A stretch of 64,000 bases of DNA from assembly GCA_934464615.1 (NCBI GenBank), contig CAKSKA010000001.1:103159-167158 (forward strand), given 5' to 3'. Of the stretch, positions 27,888 through 38,386 are shown in pieces. This DNA is from an uncultured Eubacteriales bacterium. GTDB lineage: Bacteria > Bacillota > Clostridia > Oscillospirales > Acutalibacteraceae. The position numbers and the translations under genes were made by a program. The stretch's first letter is position 1. Every line of letters begins with the position of its first letter. A model generated the notes under the pieces. The model did no database searches. It saw only the letters and a program-made list of their open reading frames with translations, and was not told the origin of the DNA.

Positions 27888-28070
27888 ATGGCAGTACCGA
27901 AGAGAAAAACCTCTAAAGCAAGAAGAGATAAAAGAAGAAATAACCTTTGGAAATTGAGTGCTCCGACTCTTGTAAAGTGTTCACACTGCGGCGCTTATAA
28001 AAGACCGCACAGACTTTGCACTGCTTGCGGATATTACGACGGCCGCGAAGTAATAAAAGTTGAAGACTAA
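27888..28070 (+). CDS. rpmF: 50S ribosomal protein L32
   Basis: MAVPKRKTSKARRDKRR with CxxC...CxxC zinc-ribbon cysteines. Confidence 0.95.
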   Translation: MAVPKRKTSKARRDKRRNNLWKLSAPTLVKCSHCGAYKRPHRLCTACGYYDGREVIKVED

Positions 28071-28143
28071 TCAGATTTTTTATGGGTAGGGAAGGAGTAA
28101 GATATTCCTTCTCTATTTTGTTATTTTACGGGAGGTGCGGAAG

Positions 28144-29457
28144 GTGTCTGTTATTGTCAAAAGCGTAGATGTAGGCTCGCCGGCATATAAGTGCGGTATC
28201 AGAAGCGGCGATACGTTGATTTCCATAAACGGCAATGAGATCGTTGATGTCTTGGACTACAGGTTTTACCAGAGCGACAGTAAACTGAAACTGGAGTTTA
28301 TATCGGCAGACGGCAAAATACGCCAAAAAACCGCACGGAAAAAAGAGTATGATGAGTTAGGGCTTGAGTTTGAAACTTACCTTATGGACAAGCAGCATTC
28401 CTGCAGGAATAACTGCGTGTTCTGTTTTATAGACCAAATGCCGCCGGGTATGCGTCAAACTCTTTATTTTAAGGACGACGATTCGCGCCTTTCGTTTTTG
28501 TTCGGCAATTATATAACGCTTACCAATATTACGGAACATGAAATAGAACGTATTATAAAAATGCATATAAGCCCCATAAATATATCGGTGCATACCACCA
28601 ATCCGGAACTTCGCGTTAAAATGATGAAAAATCGTTTTGCCGGTAAAGTTTTATCAATTATGGACCGCTTTAACAGCGCCGGCATTGCAATGAACTGCCA
28701 GTTGGTGCTGTGTCCCGATATTAATGACGGGGAGGAGCTTCGGCGTTCCCTTAACGACCTTACAAAAATGGAAAATGTGCATTGTATAGCAGCCGTTCCG
28801 GTAGGGCTTACAAAATACAGGGATAATTTGCCGGATTTGCAGTCGTTTAATAAGCAAACTGCGTCGGCAGTGTTGGATATTATGGAAGAATTCGGAAATA
28901 TGTGCCTTGATAAATACGGAGAACGCCGTGTTTACGCCGCGGACGAATTCTATCTTTTAGCGCAACGCGAAATACCCGAAGCGGATTTTTACGGAGATTT
29001 TTTGCAGCTTGAAAACGGCGTAGGACTTTGGTCGCTGCTACGGCATGAAGCGAGAAACGCAATAGCGGAAACCGAAGCTGCACCCGAACACCGCAAAATA
29101 TCGGTCGCAACGGGCAAGGCAGCATATCCGCTTTTGTGCGAAATTGCAAGCGATATACAACAAAAATGGCCGAACATAGACTGTACGGTTTATATGATTA
29201 AAAATAATTTTTTCGGTGAGAAAATAACCGTATCGGGACTTGTTACCGGCGGTGATATAATAGATCAGCTTAAAGGAAAAGACTTAGGCAGCGAATTGCT
29301 TATACCGTCGTCGATGTTAAGATATTCCGGCGATATGTTTTTGGATGATGTAACGGTAGAAAATGTTGAGGAAAGTCTTAATGTTAAACTTACCGTGGTA
29401 GACAATAACGGGCAGGATCTTATAGATGCATTCTTAGGAATTCAGGAGGGGAAATAA
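28144..29457 (+). CDS. PDZ + radical-SAM-like + DUF512 domain protein
   Basis: N-terminal PDZ (GSPAYKCGIRSGDTLISING) and the CRNNCVFCF cysteine motif. GTG 28144 is preferred because GGAGG lies 8 nt upstream. The tracked ORF starts at 28135. Confidence 0.72.
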   Translation: MSVIVKSVDVGSPAYKCGIRSGDTLISINGNEIVDVLDYRFYQSDSKLKLEFISADGKIRQKTARKKEYDELGLEFETYLMDKQHSCRNNCVFCFIDQMPPGMRQTLYFKDDDSRLSFLFGNYITLTNITEHEIERIIKMHISPINISVHTTNPELRVKMMKNRFAGKVLSIMDRFNSAGIAMNCQLVLCPDINDGEELRRSLNDLTKMENVHCIAAVPVGLTKYRDNLPDLQSFNKQTASAVLDIMEEFGNMCLDKYGERRVYAADEFYLLAQREIPEADFYGDFLQLENGVGLWSLLRHEARNAIAETEAAPEHRKISVATGKAAYPLLCEIASDIQQKWPNIDCTVYMIKNNFFGEKITVSGLVTGGDIIDQLKGKDLGSELLIPSSMLRYSGDMFLDDVTVENVEESLNVKLTVVDNNGQDLIDAFLGIQEGK

Positions 29458-29705
29458 TGGATTTCAGATATGATACACAGTTGCTTATAGAAGGCGAAAA
29501 TTTAGATGAAGATGCAATAAACGAATATTTTGTAAATAATTTTAAGGGCGATTGCCTTTTGGCAGTGGGTGACGAAAACCTTATAAAAATACATTTTCAT
29601 ACCAACGAGCCGTGGCAGGTACTTGAATACTGCGCTACACTCGGCGAAATTTTTGATATAGTTGTAGAGGATATGGACCGCCAGTCGCGCGGACTGAAAG
29701 GTTAG
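29457..29705 (+). CDS. Small protein resembling the middle domain of FakA/YloV (DAK2-fusion) proteins
   Basis: GDCLLAVGDENLIKIHFHTNEPWQVLEYCATLGEIFDIVVEDMDRQ resembles the GDSLVVVGD..KVHVHT..PG.VLEY..G.L..I.I.NM..Q segment. The start overlaps the upstream stop (TAATG). Confidence 0.5.
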   Translation: MDFRYDTQLLIEGENLDEDAINEYFVNNFKGDCLLAVGDENLIKIHFHTNEPWQVLEYCATLGEIFDIVVEDMDRQSRGLKG

Positions 29706-29716
29706 GAGGGGGTTAT

Positions 29717-31039
29717 ATGGCAAAACCCGTAGTTGCGGTAGTCGGCAGACCTAATGTCGGCAAATCGACGCTTTTTAATAAACTTGTGGGTAAAAGACTT
29801 TCCATTGTTGATGATACCCCCGGCGTTACGCGCGACAGAATTTACGGCGATGCCGAATGGTCGGGCAGACGTTTTATGTTGATAGATACCGGCGGTATAG
29901 AGCCGAAAACCGACGATATAATACTCGCTTCCATGCGTAATCAGGCAAAATTGGCTGTTGATATGGCGGACGTTATAATTTTCGTTACAGATTTACGCTC
30001 CGGTGTTACCGCCGCTGACAGCGAAGTTGCCGCGATGCTGCAAAAAAGCGGTAAACCCATAGTTTTGTGTGTTAATAAATGCGATACCGTAGGTCAGCCG
30101 CCGCTTGATTTTTATGAGTTTTACAATTTAGGTCTCGGCGATCCCATAGCCGTATCCTCAGTACACGGACACGGCACAGGCGATTTGCTTGACGCGGTGT
30201 TTGAACATTTGCCTGCGCAAACGGAAGAGGATGACGATGAATCCGTAATTAATGTTGCGGTAATAGGCAAACCTAATGCAGGTAAATCCTCGCTTATCAA
30301 CTGCCTTGCAGGGGAAGAAAGGTCCATTGTGTCCGATATTGCAGGTACTACGCGCGATGCGATAGATACTATGGTGGAAAACGAAAACGGTAAATTTAAT
30401 TTTATTGATACTGCGGGACTGCGCAGAAAAAGCCGTGTTGACGACAATATTGAAAAATACAGTATTTTGCGCGCGCAAATGGCGGTTGAGCGCAGCGATG
30501 TTTGCGTAATTATGATAGACGGTGCAGAAGGATTTACCGAGCAGGACTCTAAAGTAGCGGGGCTTGCCCTAGACCAAGGCAAAGCCTGTATTATTGCCGT
30601 AAATAAATGGGACATTGTGGATAAGGACGGTCATACCATGGACTCTTACCGCAAAAAACTTATGAAGGATTTTTCCTTTATGTCATATGCCCCGATTATT
30701 TTTATATCCGCCAAAACAGGCCAGCGTATAGACAGACTGCTTGAACTGATTAAATATGTAAACGAACAAAATTCCATGCGCATTTCCACGGGTATGTTAA
30801 ATGATGTGCTTGCCGATGCCACTGCACGCGTACAGCCGCCTACCGATAAGGGCAGACGCCTTAAAATATTTTATATAACGCAGGCGTCCACACGTCCGCC
30901 GACATTCGTGTGCTTTTGCAACCGTGCGGATCTGTTCCATTTTTCATACCAACGCTATCTTGAAAATCAAATAAGGTCTACTTTCGGACTTGAAGGTACA
31001 CCGGTACGGTTTGTTATAAGAGAAAGAGGAGATAAATAA
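29717..31039 (+). CDS. der: Ribosome-associated GTPase Der (EngA)
   Basis: Two tandem GTPase domains (GRPNVGKST / DTGG; GKPNAGKSS / DTAG / NKWD) plus a KH-like C-terminus. Confidence 0.96.
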   Translation: MAKPVVAVVGRPNVGKSTLFNKLVGKRLSIVDDTPGVTRDRIYGDAEWSGRRFMLIDTGGIEPKTDDIILASMRNQAKLAVDMADVIIFVTDLRSGVTAADSEVAAMLQKSGKPIVLCVNKCDTVGQPPLDFYEFYNLGLGDPIAVSSVHGHGTGDLLDAVFEHLPAQTEEDDDESVINVAVIGKPNAGKSSLINCLAGEERSIVSDIAGTTRDAIDTMVENENGKFNFIDTAGLRRKSRVDDNIEKYSILRAQMAVERSDVCVIMIDGAEGFTEQDSKVAGLALDQGKACIIAVNKWDIVDKDGHTMDSYRKKLMKDFSFMSYAPIIFISAKTGQRIDRLLELIKYVNEQNSMRISTGMLNDVLADATARVQPPTDKGRRLKIFYITQASTRPPTFVCFCNRADLFHFSYQRYLENQIRSTFGLEGTPVRFVIRERGDK

Positions 31040-31716
31040 TGTTACCGTATATTATAGCGTTCGCTGTTGCCGTAGCGGCATATCTTTTCGGCAGTATTAA
31101 CTTTGCAATAATATTTTCCGGCGCATTTAAAAATGTGGATGTACGCAATTACGGTTCGGGTAATGCCGGTGCCACCAATGTTTTAAGGGTGGCAGGTAAA
31201 AAGGCAGGCATACTCACTTTTGCTGCTGATGCGTTTAAAGGTGCTATGTCAAGCACACTGGGATTTTTAATATTTAAATATGTGCTTTACAATTTCGGCG
31301 GCACGGTACATCCCGTATTCTGCGGTCCGTACGGCGCGTTTATATGCGGAATTTTATGTATGATAGGCCACTGCTGGCCGATTTTCTTTCAGTTCCGCGG
31401 CGGCAAAGCGGCGGCAACCAGTGTTGGTATTTTTGCCGTTTGCTGTTGGCCGGCAATTGTTGCCGGACTTGTGGGATTTGCCGTTACGGTTGCGGTAAGA
31501 CGCATGGTGTCGCTCGGCTCCTTGGTGGCAACCGTTATAGTTGTGGCAGGCACAGGCATCGCTGCGTTTACGGGTTTTTACGGCAGCGGTGTTAATCCGT
31601 GGGTTATAACGGTTATTTCGGTTTTGCAGGGGTTGCTGGTGTTTTTGCGGCATAAGGATAATATAGAACGGCTTGCAAACGGCAAGGAAAAGCAAATTGA
31701 TATAAAAAAGGACTGA
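31039..31716 (+). CDS. plsY: Glycerol-3-phosphate acyltransferase PlsY
   Basis: PlsY motifs GSGNAGATN and FRGGKAAAT. Multi-TM protein. The start overlaps the der stop. Confidence 0.92.
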   Translation: MLPYIIAFAVAVAAYLFGSINFAIIFSGAFKNVDVRNYGSGNAGATNVLRVAGKKAGILTFAADAFKGAMSSTLGFLIFKYVLYNFGGTVHPVFCGPYGAFICGILCMIGHCWPIFFQFRGGKAAATSVGIFAVCCWPAIVAGLVGFAVTVAVRRMVSLGSLVATVIVVAGTGIAAFTGFYGSGVNPWVITVISVLQGLLVFLRHKDNIERLANGKEKQIDIKKD

Positions 31717-31720
31717 TATT

Positions 31721-32713
31721 ATGGCAAAAATAACAGTGCTGGGCGCCGGCGGATTCGGAATTGCCCTGTCAATTTTAGCCTACGGCAACGGTCATACGGT
31801 GGCAATGTGGACACCGTTTGAACAGGAAGCCGATATGTTAAAAACCAACCGCACAAACGAAAAACTTTTAAAGGATATTTTTATACCGCAAAATATAGAT
31901 ATAACTACGGATATATCGGTCTGTAAAACGGACGATTTGACCATAGTTGCGGTTCCGTCGTATGCTGTGCGGCAAACGGCAAAAAAAATAAAGGAAGTCG
32001 GCGGTAATTCCGTTGTGGCCTGCGTTGCAAAGGGATTTGAAAAGGGCACGATGCTCAGAATGTCGCAGGTGTTGGAAGAAGAACTGCCGTGCCGCCCGAT
32101 AGTGGCACTTACAGGTCCGTCGCATGCGGAAGAAGTATCGCGCGGCGTGCCTACTTCAATTGTGGCGGCAAGCAAGGACATTGCTGCGGCGCAAACCGTA
32201 CAGAAAATACTCAGCAATGAAAATATGCGCCTTTATACCGATACAGATGTAATCGGCGCGGAACTCGGAGGAGCGCTTAAAAACGTAATTGCGGTTTGCG
32301 TGGGATTTTGCAACGGCCTCGGCCTCGGCGACAACACAAAGGCGGCGCTTATTACGCGCGGACTTGCCGAAATGATGCGTCTCGGCAAAAAAATGGGAGC
32401 CGATCCGCATACGTTTGCAGGTCTTACGGGCATAGGCGACTTGGTAGTTACATGTATGTCGGTACATTCGCGGAATAATCGGTTCGGCACCCTTGTGGGA
32501 TCCGGTATGCCGGTAGAGCAGGCGCTTAAAACGGTGGGTACGGTGGAAGGCTATTATGCCGCCGACACCGCAAGGCTTCTTTGCGAAAAGTATAATGTTG
32601 AAATGCCTATAATTACCGAATGCTGCAAAGTGTTGTATGACGGAAAATCACCGGCGGCGGTACTTAAAGACCTTATGAACAGACCGGTAAAACCCGAAAA
32701 GGATACATATTGA
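31721..32713 (+). CDS. gpsA: NAD(P)H-dependent glycerol-3-phosphate dehydrogenase
   Basis: N-terminal GAGGFG Rossmann motif, plus GALKNVIAV and GLGDNTKAALITRG motifs. Confidence 0.95.
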   Translation: MAKITVLGAGGFGIALSILAYGNGHTVAMWTPFEQEADMLKTNRTNEKLLKDIFIPQNIDITTDISVCKTDDLTIVAVPSYAVRQTAKKIKEVGGNSVVACVAKGFEKGTMLRMSQVLEEELPCRPIVALTGPSHAEEVSRGVPTSIVAASKDIAAAQTVQKILSNENMRLYTDTDVIGAELGGALKNVIAVCVGFCNGLGLGDNTKAALITRGLAEMMRLGKKMGADPHTFAGLTGIGDLVVTCMSVHSRNNRFGTLVGSGMPVEQALKTVGTVEGYYAADTARLLCEKYNVEMPIITECCKVLYDGKSPAAVLKDLMNRPVKPEKDTY

Positions 32714-32717
32714 AATT

Positions 32718-32759
32718 AAAAGAGTTTGAATGATGAAAACATCATTCAAACTCTTTTTT
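32718..32759. terminator. Bidirectional intrinsic terminator between gpsA and ligA
   Basis: AAAAGAGTTTGAATGATG-aaaa-CATCATTCAAACTCTTTTTT. Confidence 0.8.
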
Positions 32760-32789
32760 AACAAATAAGATAATTCCGCTTAAACGGTT

Positions 32790-34784
32790 TTATAATTCAA
32801 TCAATTCTTTAAGGCGTGTTTCGTCTATTATTTCCACACCGGCTTTTTCGGCTTTGGCCTTTTTGCTACCGGCATCCTCGCCGCAAAGCAGTATATCGGT
32901 TTTGCCCGATACGGAGCCTGTGACCGTCGCACCCAAATTTTTCATTATCTCGGTAAGTTCGTCCCTTGTTTTGCTGCTGAATTTACCGGTAATTACAACG
33001 GTTTTGCCGTAAAAATAGCCGTTTTCGTCGGCATTTGCGGTGCTGCTTTTTTCAACGGTTATAAATTTTTGCAGGTTTTCAAATTCGGCTCGGTTTTCTT
33101 CATTTTTAAACCAGAGGTGAATTTCGCGGTTCATTATCTCACCTATTCCGTCTATCTGCGTAAAATCATAATCGCCGTATACTGCTGTGCGGAATTTTTC
33201 AATATCGCCGCCGAATACCGAGTCTATAAGGCTCGCCGCCGATTTTCCGCAAAGATTTATATTAAGCGCAACCAACAGCCGTGCAAGCGAAGTGTGGGCG
33301 GCGGAATTAAGCGATTTTTCAAGATTTTCGTAGGACTTTTCGCCAAAGCCCTCCATATTTATTATTTTCTCCTTATGCTGCGGCAGGGAAAATATATCGC
33401 ACAAATTTTTTATCCAACCGCGCGACATAAATTTGTAAAGGGTTGCCTCGCTTAATCCGTCTATATCAAGCGCATTTTTGCTTACAAAATGCGTGTATTT
33501 TTTTATTTGCCTGCCGGGACAGGCGGCATTTGTACAGTAAAGCACACGCACGGGCGTATCGCCGTTTTCTGTGATTTTTATTACGGTATCGCTGTCGCAC
33601 ACAGGACATTTTTTGGGTATATCCGCAGTATAGTCCCGCCTGTTTTCAAGTTCTGCCGTAATGTTGCGCTCAACATGCGGTATAATCATATTCCGTTTTG
33701 AAACGGATATTTTATCCCCCGTTTTAAGTTTTAAATTTTCAATAAACGTTATATTATGCAGCGATGCCCTTTCCACATTTGTGTTGTCGATTTCAACCGT
33801 ATCAAATTCGGCTATAGGGGTTAACTGACCTGTCCTTGAAATATTCCATTTAATGTTTTTAAGCACTGTATCAAAATGCGGATCGCCGAATTTAAAGGCT
33901 ATTCCGTCCTTAAAATGATGTGATGTTCTGCCTTGGGCCGCACCGTACGAAACGCTGTCAAACGAAAAGACAATGCCGTCTATGGGGTATCCCTTTTTTA
34001 ATGCATAATCTTTAAGGGCGTTGATTTTTTCAAGCGTTGTATCTACAGTGTCATCTGCCGTAAGTGTGTCGTGCGGTATCATGGTAAAGCCGAGTTTTTC
34101 AAGCCGCTTTAATTTTTCAAGTTTGCTGTCTGTGTCGTTAAATCCCACAAGTACGTTAAAAGGTATAAACGAAACGCCGCGTGCGGCGCACACAGCGGAA
34201 TCAAGCTGCCTTACGGAGCCCGATGCCAAATTACGCGGTGTTGAATATTTGTCCTCGTCATTTTCTATTTCGCTGTTAATTTTCTCAAATGTGGCTACAT
34301 CAATAAATGCTTCTCCGCTTATTTCCAATTTTTCTTTGCAGTTTATTTTTTGCGGAACATTCACAAAAACACGCGCGTTGTGCGTAATATCTTCGCCCTG
34401 TATGCCGTCACCGCGTGTTGCGGCGGCAACGATTACACCGTTTTCGTAGGTTATTTTTACGGTAAGTCCGTCAAGTTTCAATGCCAAATATCCGTCGCTT
34501 TGCTTTGCCATATCATACACATCTGCGGCGTTTTTTGTTTTGGCAAGAGATAAAAGCGGTATATCGTGCGTAACCTTTTTAAGTTCGCTTAAAACTTCAT
34601 ACCCTGCACGCATTGTGGGGGAGTCGCTGCGGACGTATCCTGTTTCCGTTTCAAGACGGCTCAGTTCGTCAAAAAGTGCGTCATACTGTGCGTCCGACAG
34701 CGAGGGATTATTTTTATTGTAATATTCATCACAACATTTGTTAAGATATTTTACAAGGTAGTCAATGCGTTCTCTTTTATCCAT
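32790..34784 (-). CDS. ligA: NAD-dependent DNA ligase
   Basis: Adenylation KLDG motif, C4 zinc finger (CPVCDS...CTNAACPG), HhH region and a C-terminal BRCT domain. Confidence 0.96.
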   Translation of the reverse strand: MDKRERIDYLVKYLNKCCDEYYNKNNPSLSDAQYDALFDELSRLETETGYVRSDSPTMRAGYEVLSELKKVTHDIPLLSLAKTKNAADVYDMAKQSDGYLALKLDGLTVKITYENGVIVAAATRGDGIQGEDITHNARVFVNVPQKINCKEKLEISGEAFIDVATFEKINSEIENDEDKYSTPRNLASGSVRQLDSAVCAARGVSFIPFNVLVGFNDTDSKLEKLKRLEKLGFTMIPHDTLTADDTVDTTLEKINALKDYALKKGYPIDGIVFSFDSVSYGAAQGRTSHHFKDGIAFKFGDPHFDTVLKNIKWNISRTGQLTPIAEFDTVEIDNTNVERASLHNITFIENLKLKTGDKISVSKRNMIIPHVERNITAELENRRDYTADIPKKCPVCDSDTVIKITENGDTPVRVLYCTNAACPGRQIKKYTHFVSKNALDIDGLSEATLYKFMSRGWIKNLCDIFSLPQHKEKIINMEGFGEKSYENLEKSLNSAAHTSLARLLVALNINLCGKSAASLIDSVFGGDIEKFRTAVYGDYDFTQIDGIGEIMNREIHLWFKNEENRAEFENLQKFITVEKSSTANADENGYFYGKTVVITGKFSSKTRDELTEIMKNLGATVTGSVSGKTDILLCGEDAGSKKAKAEKAGVEIIDETRLKELIEL

Positions 34785-34923
34785 AAAATCTTCCTTACAG
34801 TTATTATAGAATATATTTTACCATAATTTTAAAATATTTTAAATAAATTTTCCGAATTTCTTTTTTTGTTCATAATTTTAGGTTATAATTACAATGCTTA
34901 TTTACATAAACGGAGATGAAAAT

Positions 34924-37554
34924 GTGTTAAGTCTTAAAAACATTAAAAAGGATTATATTACGGGCAACGAAACGGTGCAGGCGCTTAAAGGCGTAAGTAT
35001 AGACTTTAGGAAAAGCGAGTTTGTATCCATTCTCGGTCAGTCGGGCTGCGGTAAAACAACGCTGCTTAACATTATCGGCGGACTGGATAAATATACAAGC
35101 GGCGACCTTATTATAAGCGGCAGATCCACTAAAGAATTTAAGGACAGGGATTGGGACGCTTACCGCAACCATTCCGTAGGTTTTGTTTTCCAAAGCTATA
35201 ACCTTATTCCGCACCAAACGGTGCTTTCGAATGTTGAGTTGGCCCTGACGCTTTCGGGTGTATCTAAAAAAGAACGCCGCCAAAAAGCCATAGACGCACT
35301 GACAAAGGTAGGGCTTGCGGATCAGATAAACAAAAAGCCCAATCAAATGTCGGGCGGACAAATGCAGCGCGTTGCAATTGCAAGGGCGCTTGTTAATGAT
35401 CCGGAAATATTGCTGGCGGATGAACCCACAGGCGCGCTTGACTCCGCTACAAGTATACAGGTAATGGATATTTTAAAGGAAATATCCAAGGAAAAACTTG
35501 TAATAATGGTAACGCACAATCCCGAACTTGCGGAAAAATATTCAACAAGGATAATACGCGTGCTGGACGGAGAGGTTGTAAGCGACAGTAATCCGTATAC
35601 GGACGAGAGCGTGCTGCCGAAACCCGAAACAGACAAAAAAGCATCAAAAAAGGGAAGGCTTAAATCAATGTCGTTTTTTACGGCACTGTCATTAAGTTTC
35701 AATAACCTTATGACTAAAAAGGGCAGGACTTTTATGACTGCCTTTGCAGGCAGCATAGGAATAATAGGTATAGCCCTTATTTTATCAATATCCGCGGGAC
35801 TTGAAGCATATATTGCCAAAGTAGAGGAGGATACGCTGTCGGGTTATCCGGTAACTATCGAAGAATCCGCGGTGGATTTTACAAGCATGATGAAATCCAT
35901 GATGGGCAAGGATAAGGATACCGCACAGCAGGAAGAAGGCAGAATTTACTCAAACGATGTAATAGTGGATATGATGCAGGCGTTTTCTTCCGGTTCTGCC
36001 GAAAACAACCTTACCGATTTTAAAAAGTATATAGAAAACGGAGATACCGGTATTAAGGATTTGGTTACCGATATACAGTATCAGTACTCTACGCCTATGA
36101 ATATTTATAAAGCCGATACTTCCGACGGTATTGTGCAGGTAAATCCGGGCTGGGTGTTTGAAAAATTGGGAATGACATCGTCCGCACAGCAAAACAACAG
36201 CGTTATGAAAAGCATGACAAAGTCGGACGTATGGGCGCAATTGCTTGATAATGACGAACTTATAAATTCGCAATACGATGTAATTGCCGGAAAGCTGCCG
36301 GAAAATTCACACGAAGCGGTTTTAATAGTTGATAAAAACTCCCAGGTAAGCGACTATACCCTTTACACTCTCGGTCTGCGCGATTTTTCCGAAGTTGAGG
36401 AATTAATGAAAGCAATTATGGCAAATGAAGAATACGAAGTTAAATCCTCGTCATATTCTTTTGATGATATTTTGGGACTTGAGTATAAATTGCTTGTTAA
36501 TACCGACTGTTATGAAAAGGAAAACGGCGTTTGGACAGATAAAAGCAACGATGAAATTTATATGATGAACAAAATAAAAGACGCCGTTACCGTAAAGATA
36601 GTGGGAATATTAAAACCCAATAAGGATGCGACAGCCACGGCAAGTATAGACACGGTGGCGTATAAATCGTCACTTATGACAGAACTTGTAAATGCCGTAA
36701 ACGACAGCGAAATAGTAAAGGAACAAAAGGAAAACAGCGATACGGACGTATTTACCGGACTTAAATTTGCGGGCGGCGAGAAGACCGATTTAACCTACGA
36801 GCAGCTGCAGGAATATATGAGCACATTGCCGCCGCAAAAAGCTGCCGAAATGCAAAGCTATATGCAGCAAATGAAGCAGGCGGGTATGAGTGACGAAAAA
36901 ATACTTGAGGCGTTTGCTTCGTCGGTTGTAAAAACATCAGAGTCGACTTATGAGGAAAATCTTGACAAAATGGGTGTTTCGGAACTTGACAGCCCGTCGG
37001 TTATAAACATTTATCCCAAAGATTTTGCCGCTAAGGACGATATTGCCGATATTATAAGCCGTTATAACGACACGGTGAGTGAAACCGATAAAATCACCTA
37101 TACCGATTATGTCGGAATAATGATGTCCTCGATAACGACTATAATAAATGCCATAAGTTATATACTTATAGCGTTTGTCGCGATTTCACTTGTTGTATCT
37201 TCGATAATGATAGGAATTATAACCTACATTTCCGTACTTGAACGTACAAAGGAAATAGGTATTCTGCGCGCAATAGGCGCTTCCAAACGGGATGTGTCCA
37301 GAGTGTTTAACGCCGAAACGCTGATTATAGGATTTGTTGCCGGCGCTATAGGAATAGGAATTACATTACTGTTGACAATTCCGATAAATGCGCTTATAAG
37401 GAATATTGCAAAAATTTCGGCTACCGCCGTTTTGCCGTGGCAGGGCGCCGTAATTCTTGTAATTATAAGCATGCTGCTTACTTTCCTTGCGGGTACATTC
37501 CCGTCAAGAGTGGCGTCTAAAAAAGATCCCGTAATAGCACTTCGTACTGAATAA
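34924..37554 (+). CDS. MacB-type ABC transporter, fused ATPase + FtsX-like permease
   Basis: Canonical NBD: Walker A GQSGCGKTT, Q-loop VFQSYNL, signature MSGGQMQRVAIARAL, Walker B LLADEPTGALD, H-loop VTHN. This is followed by TM1, a ~440-aa extracytoplasmic domain and three C-terminal TMs. GTG 34924 lies behind GGAG; the tracked ORF starts at ATG 34894. Confidence 0.85.
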   Translation: MLSLKNIKKDYITGNETVQALKGVSIDFRKSEFVSILGQSGCGKTTLLNIIGGLDKYTSGDLIISGRSTKEFKDRDWDAYRNHSVGFVFQSYNLIPHQTVLSNVELALTLSGVSKKERRQKAIDALTKVGLADQINKKPNQMSGGQMQRVAIARALVNDPEILLADEPTGALDSATSIQVMDILKEISKEKLVIMVTHNPELAEKYSTRIIRVLDGEVVSDSNPYTDESVLPKPETDKKASKKGRLKSMSFFTALSLSFNNLMTKKGRTFMTAFAGSIGIIGIALILSISAGLEAYIAKVEEDTLSGYPVTIEESAVDFTSMMKSMMGKDKDTAQQEEGRIYSNDVIVDMMQAFSSGSAENNLTDFKKYIENGDTGIKDLVTDIQYQYSTPMNIYKADTSDGIVQVNPGWVFEKLGMTSSAQQNNSVMKSMTKSDVWAQLLDNDELINSQYDVIAGKLPENSHEAVLIVDKNSQVSDYTLYTLGLRDFSEVEELMKAIMANEEYEVKSSSYSFDDILGLEYKLLVNTDCYEKENGVWTDKSNDEIYMMNKIKDAVTVKIVGILKPNKDATATASIDTVAYKSSLMTELVNAVNDSEIVKEQKENSDTDVFTGLKFAGGEKTDLTYEQLQEYMSTLPPQKAAEMQSYMQQMKQAGMSDEKILEAFASSVVKTSESTYEENLDKMGVSELDSPSVINIYPKDFAAKDDIADIISRYNDTVSETDKITYTDYVGIMMSSITTIINAISYILIAFVAISLVVSSIMIGIITYISVLERTKEIGILRAIGASKRDVSRVFNAETLIIGFVAGAIGIGITLLLTIPINALIRNIAKISATAVLPWQGAVILVIISMLLTFLAGTFPSRVASKKDPVIALRTE

Positions 37555-37565
37555 AGGGGAAAAAT

Positions 37566-38261
37566 ATGGCAAAATTCAATCTTTCAATTTTGAAAAACGA
37601 GGACGGAAATTACAAGCACCTGCTTTATTTGCTGGTGGTACCGGTTTACCTTACCGTGTTTTTTATATGCGAAGCCGTTGTTAAAGACGATTACTATGTA
37701 ACGTATTTACCTATTGACGATAAAATACCGTTTAACGAGTGGTTTGTTATACCGTATTGCTTGTGGTATGTATACCTTGTGGGAATAGGGCTTTATCTTG
37801 TGTTTAAAGACATACCGCAATTTAAAAAATATATGCTTTGTTTGGGTTCGTCCTTCCTTGCGGCTTCGTTTCTTTTCCTTTTTTGGCACAACGGGCAGGA
37901 TTTAAGGGTTAATATCGACGTCCCCGCAAATTTTGCACAGGCATGGGTTAAATCGCTGTATGCGGCGGATACAAACACAAATGTGTGTCCCAGTTTGCAC
38001 GTTGTGGGTTGCTTTGTAGGTGCTTTTGCCGTGTTCAACTGCAAAAAACTTAACCGTCCGTATATAAGGATTTTAACCGTGATTTCCGCCGCTGTTATAA
38101 GCATTTCCACGGTATTTATTAAGCAGCACTCAATAGTTGATGTAATAGTCGCCGTGCCGTATTCGTTTATATTTTACTTTGCGGTTTATGTAATACCGAA
38201 GGTTATACAAAAGCGCAATTTACATAAAAAGGCATACGGCGCCGATATACAGGAAAAATAA
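37566..38261 (+). CDS. PAP2-superfamily integral membrane protein (PAP2_C / lipid phosphotransferase-like)
   Basis: Six hydrophobic segments with CPSLH and KQHSIVDV, which resemble the C2 and C3 (HxxxD) motifs of PAP2 enzymes. Confidence 0.55.
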   Translation: MAKFNLSILKNEDGNYKHLLYLLVVPVYLTVFFICEAVVKDDYYVTYLPIDDKIPFNEWFVIPYCLWYVYLVGIGLYLVFKDIPQFKKYMLCLGSSFLAASFLFLFWHNGQDLRVNIDVPANFAQAWVKSLYAADTNTNVCPSLHVVGCFVGAFAVFNCKKLNRPYIRILTVISAAVISISTVFIKQHSIVDVIVAVPYSFIFYFAVYVIPKVIQKRNLHKKAYGADIQEK

Positions 38262-38283
38262 ATATAAATTTACGGCTAAAAAG

Positions 38284-38325
38284 CAGGAAAAGGGTACAAA
38301 AACACCCCTTTTCCTGTTGTTTTTT
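38284..38325 (+). terminator. Intrinsic terminator after the PAP2 gene
   Basis: CAGGAAAAGGG-loop-CCCTTTTCCTG followed by TTGTTTTTTT. Confidence 0.75.
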
Positions 38326-38386
38326 ATCGGGTTATATTATATAATAATATAGTATGGATAATTATTACAAAAGCGGGAGAGCATAA

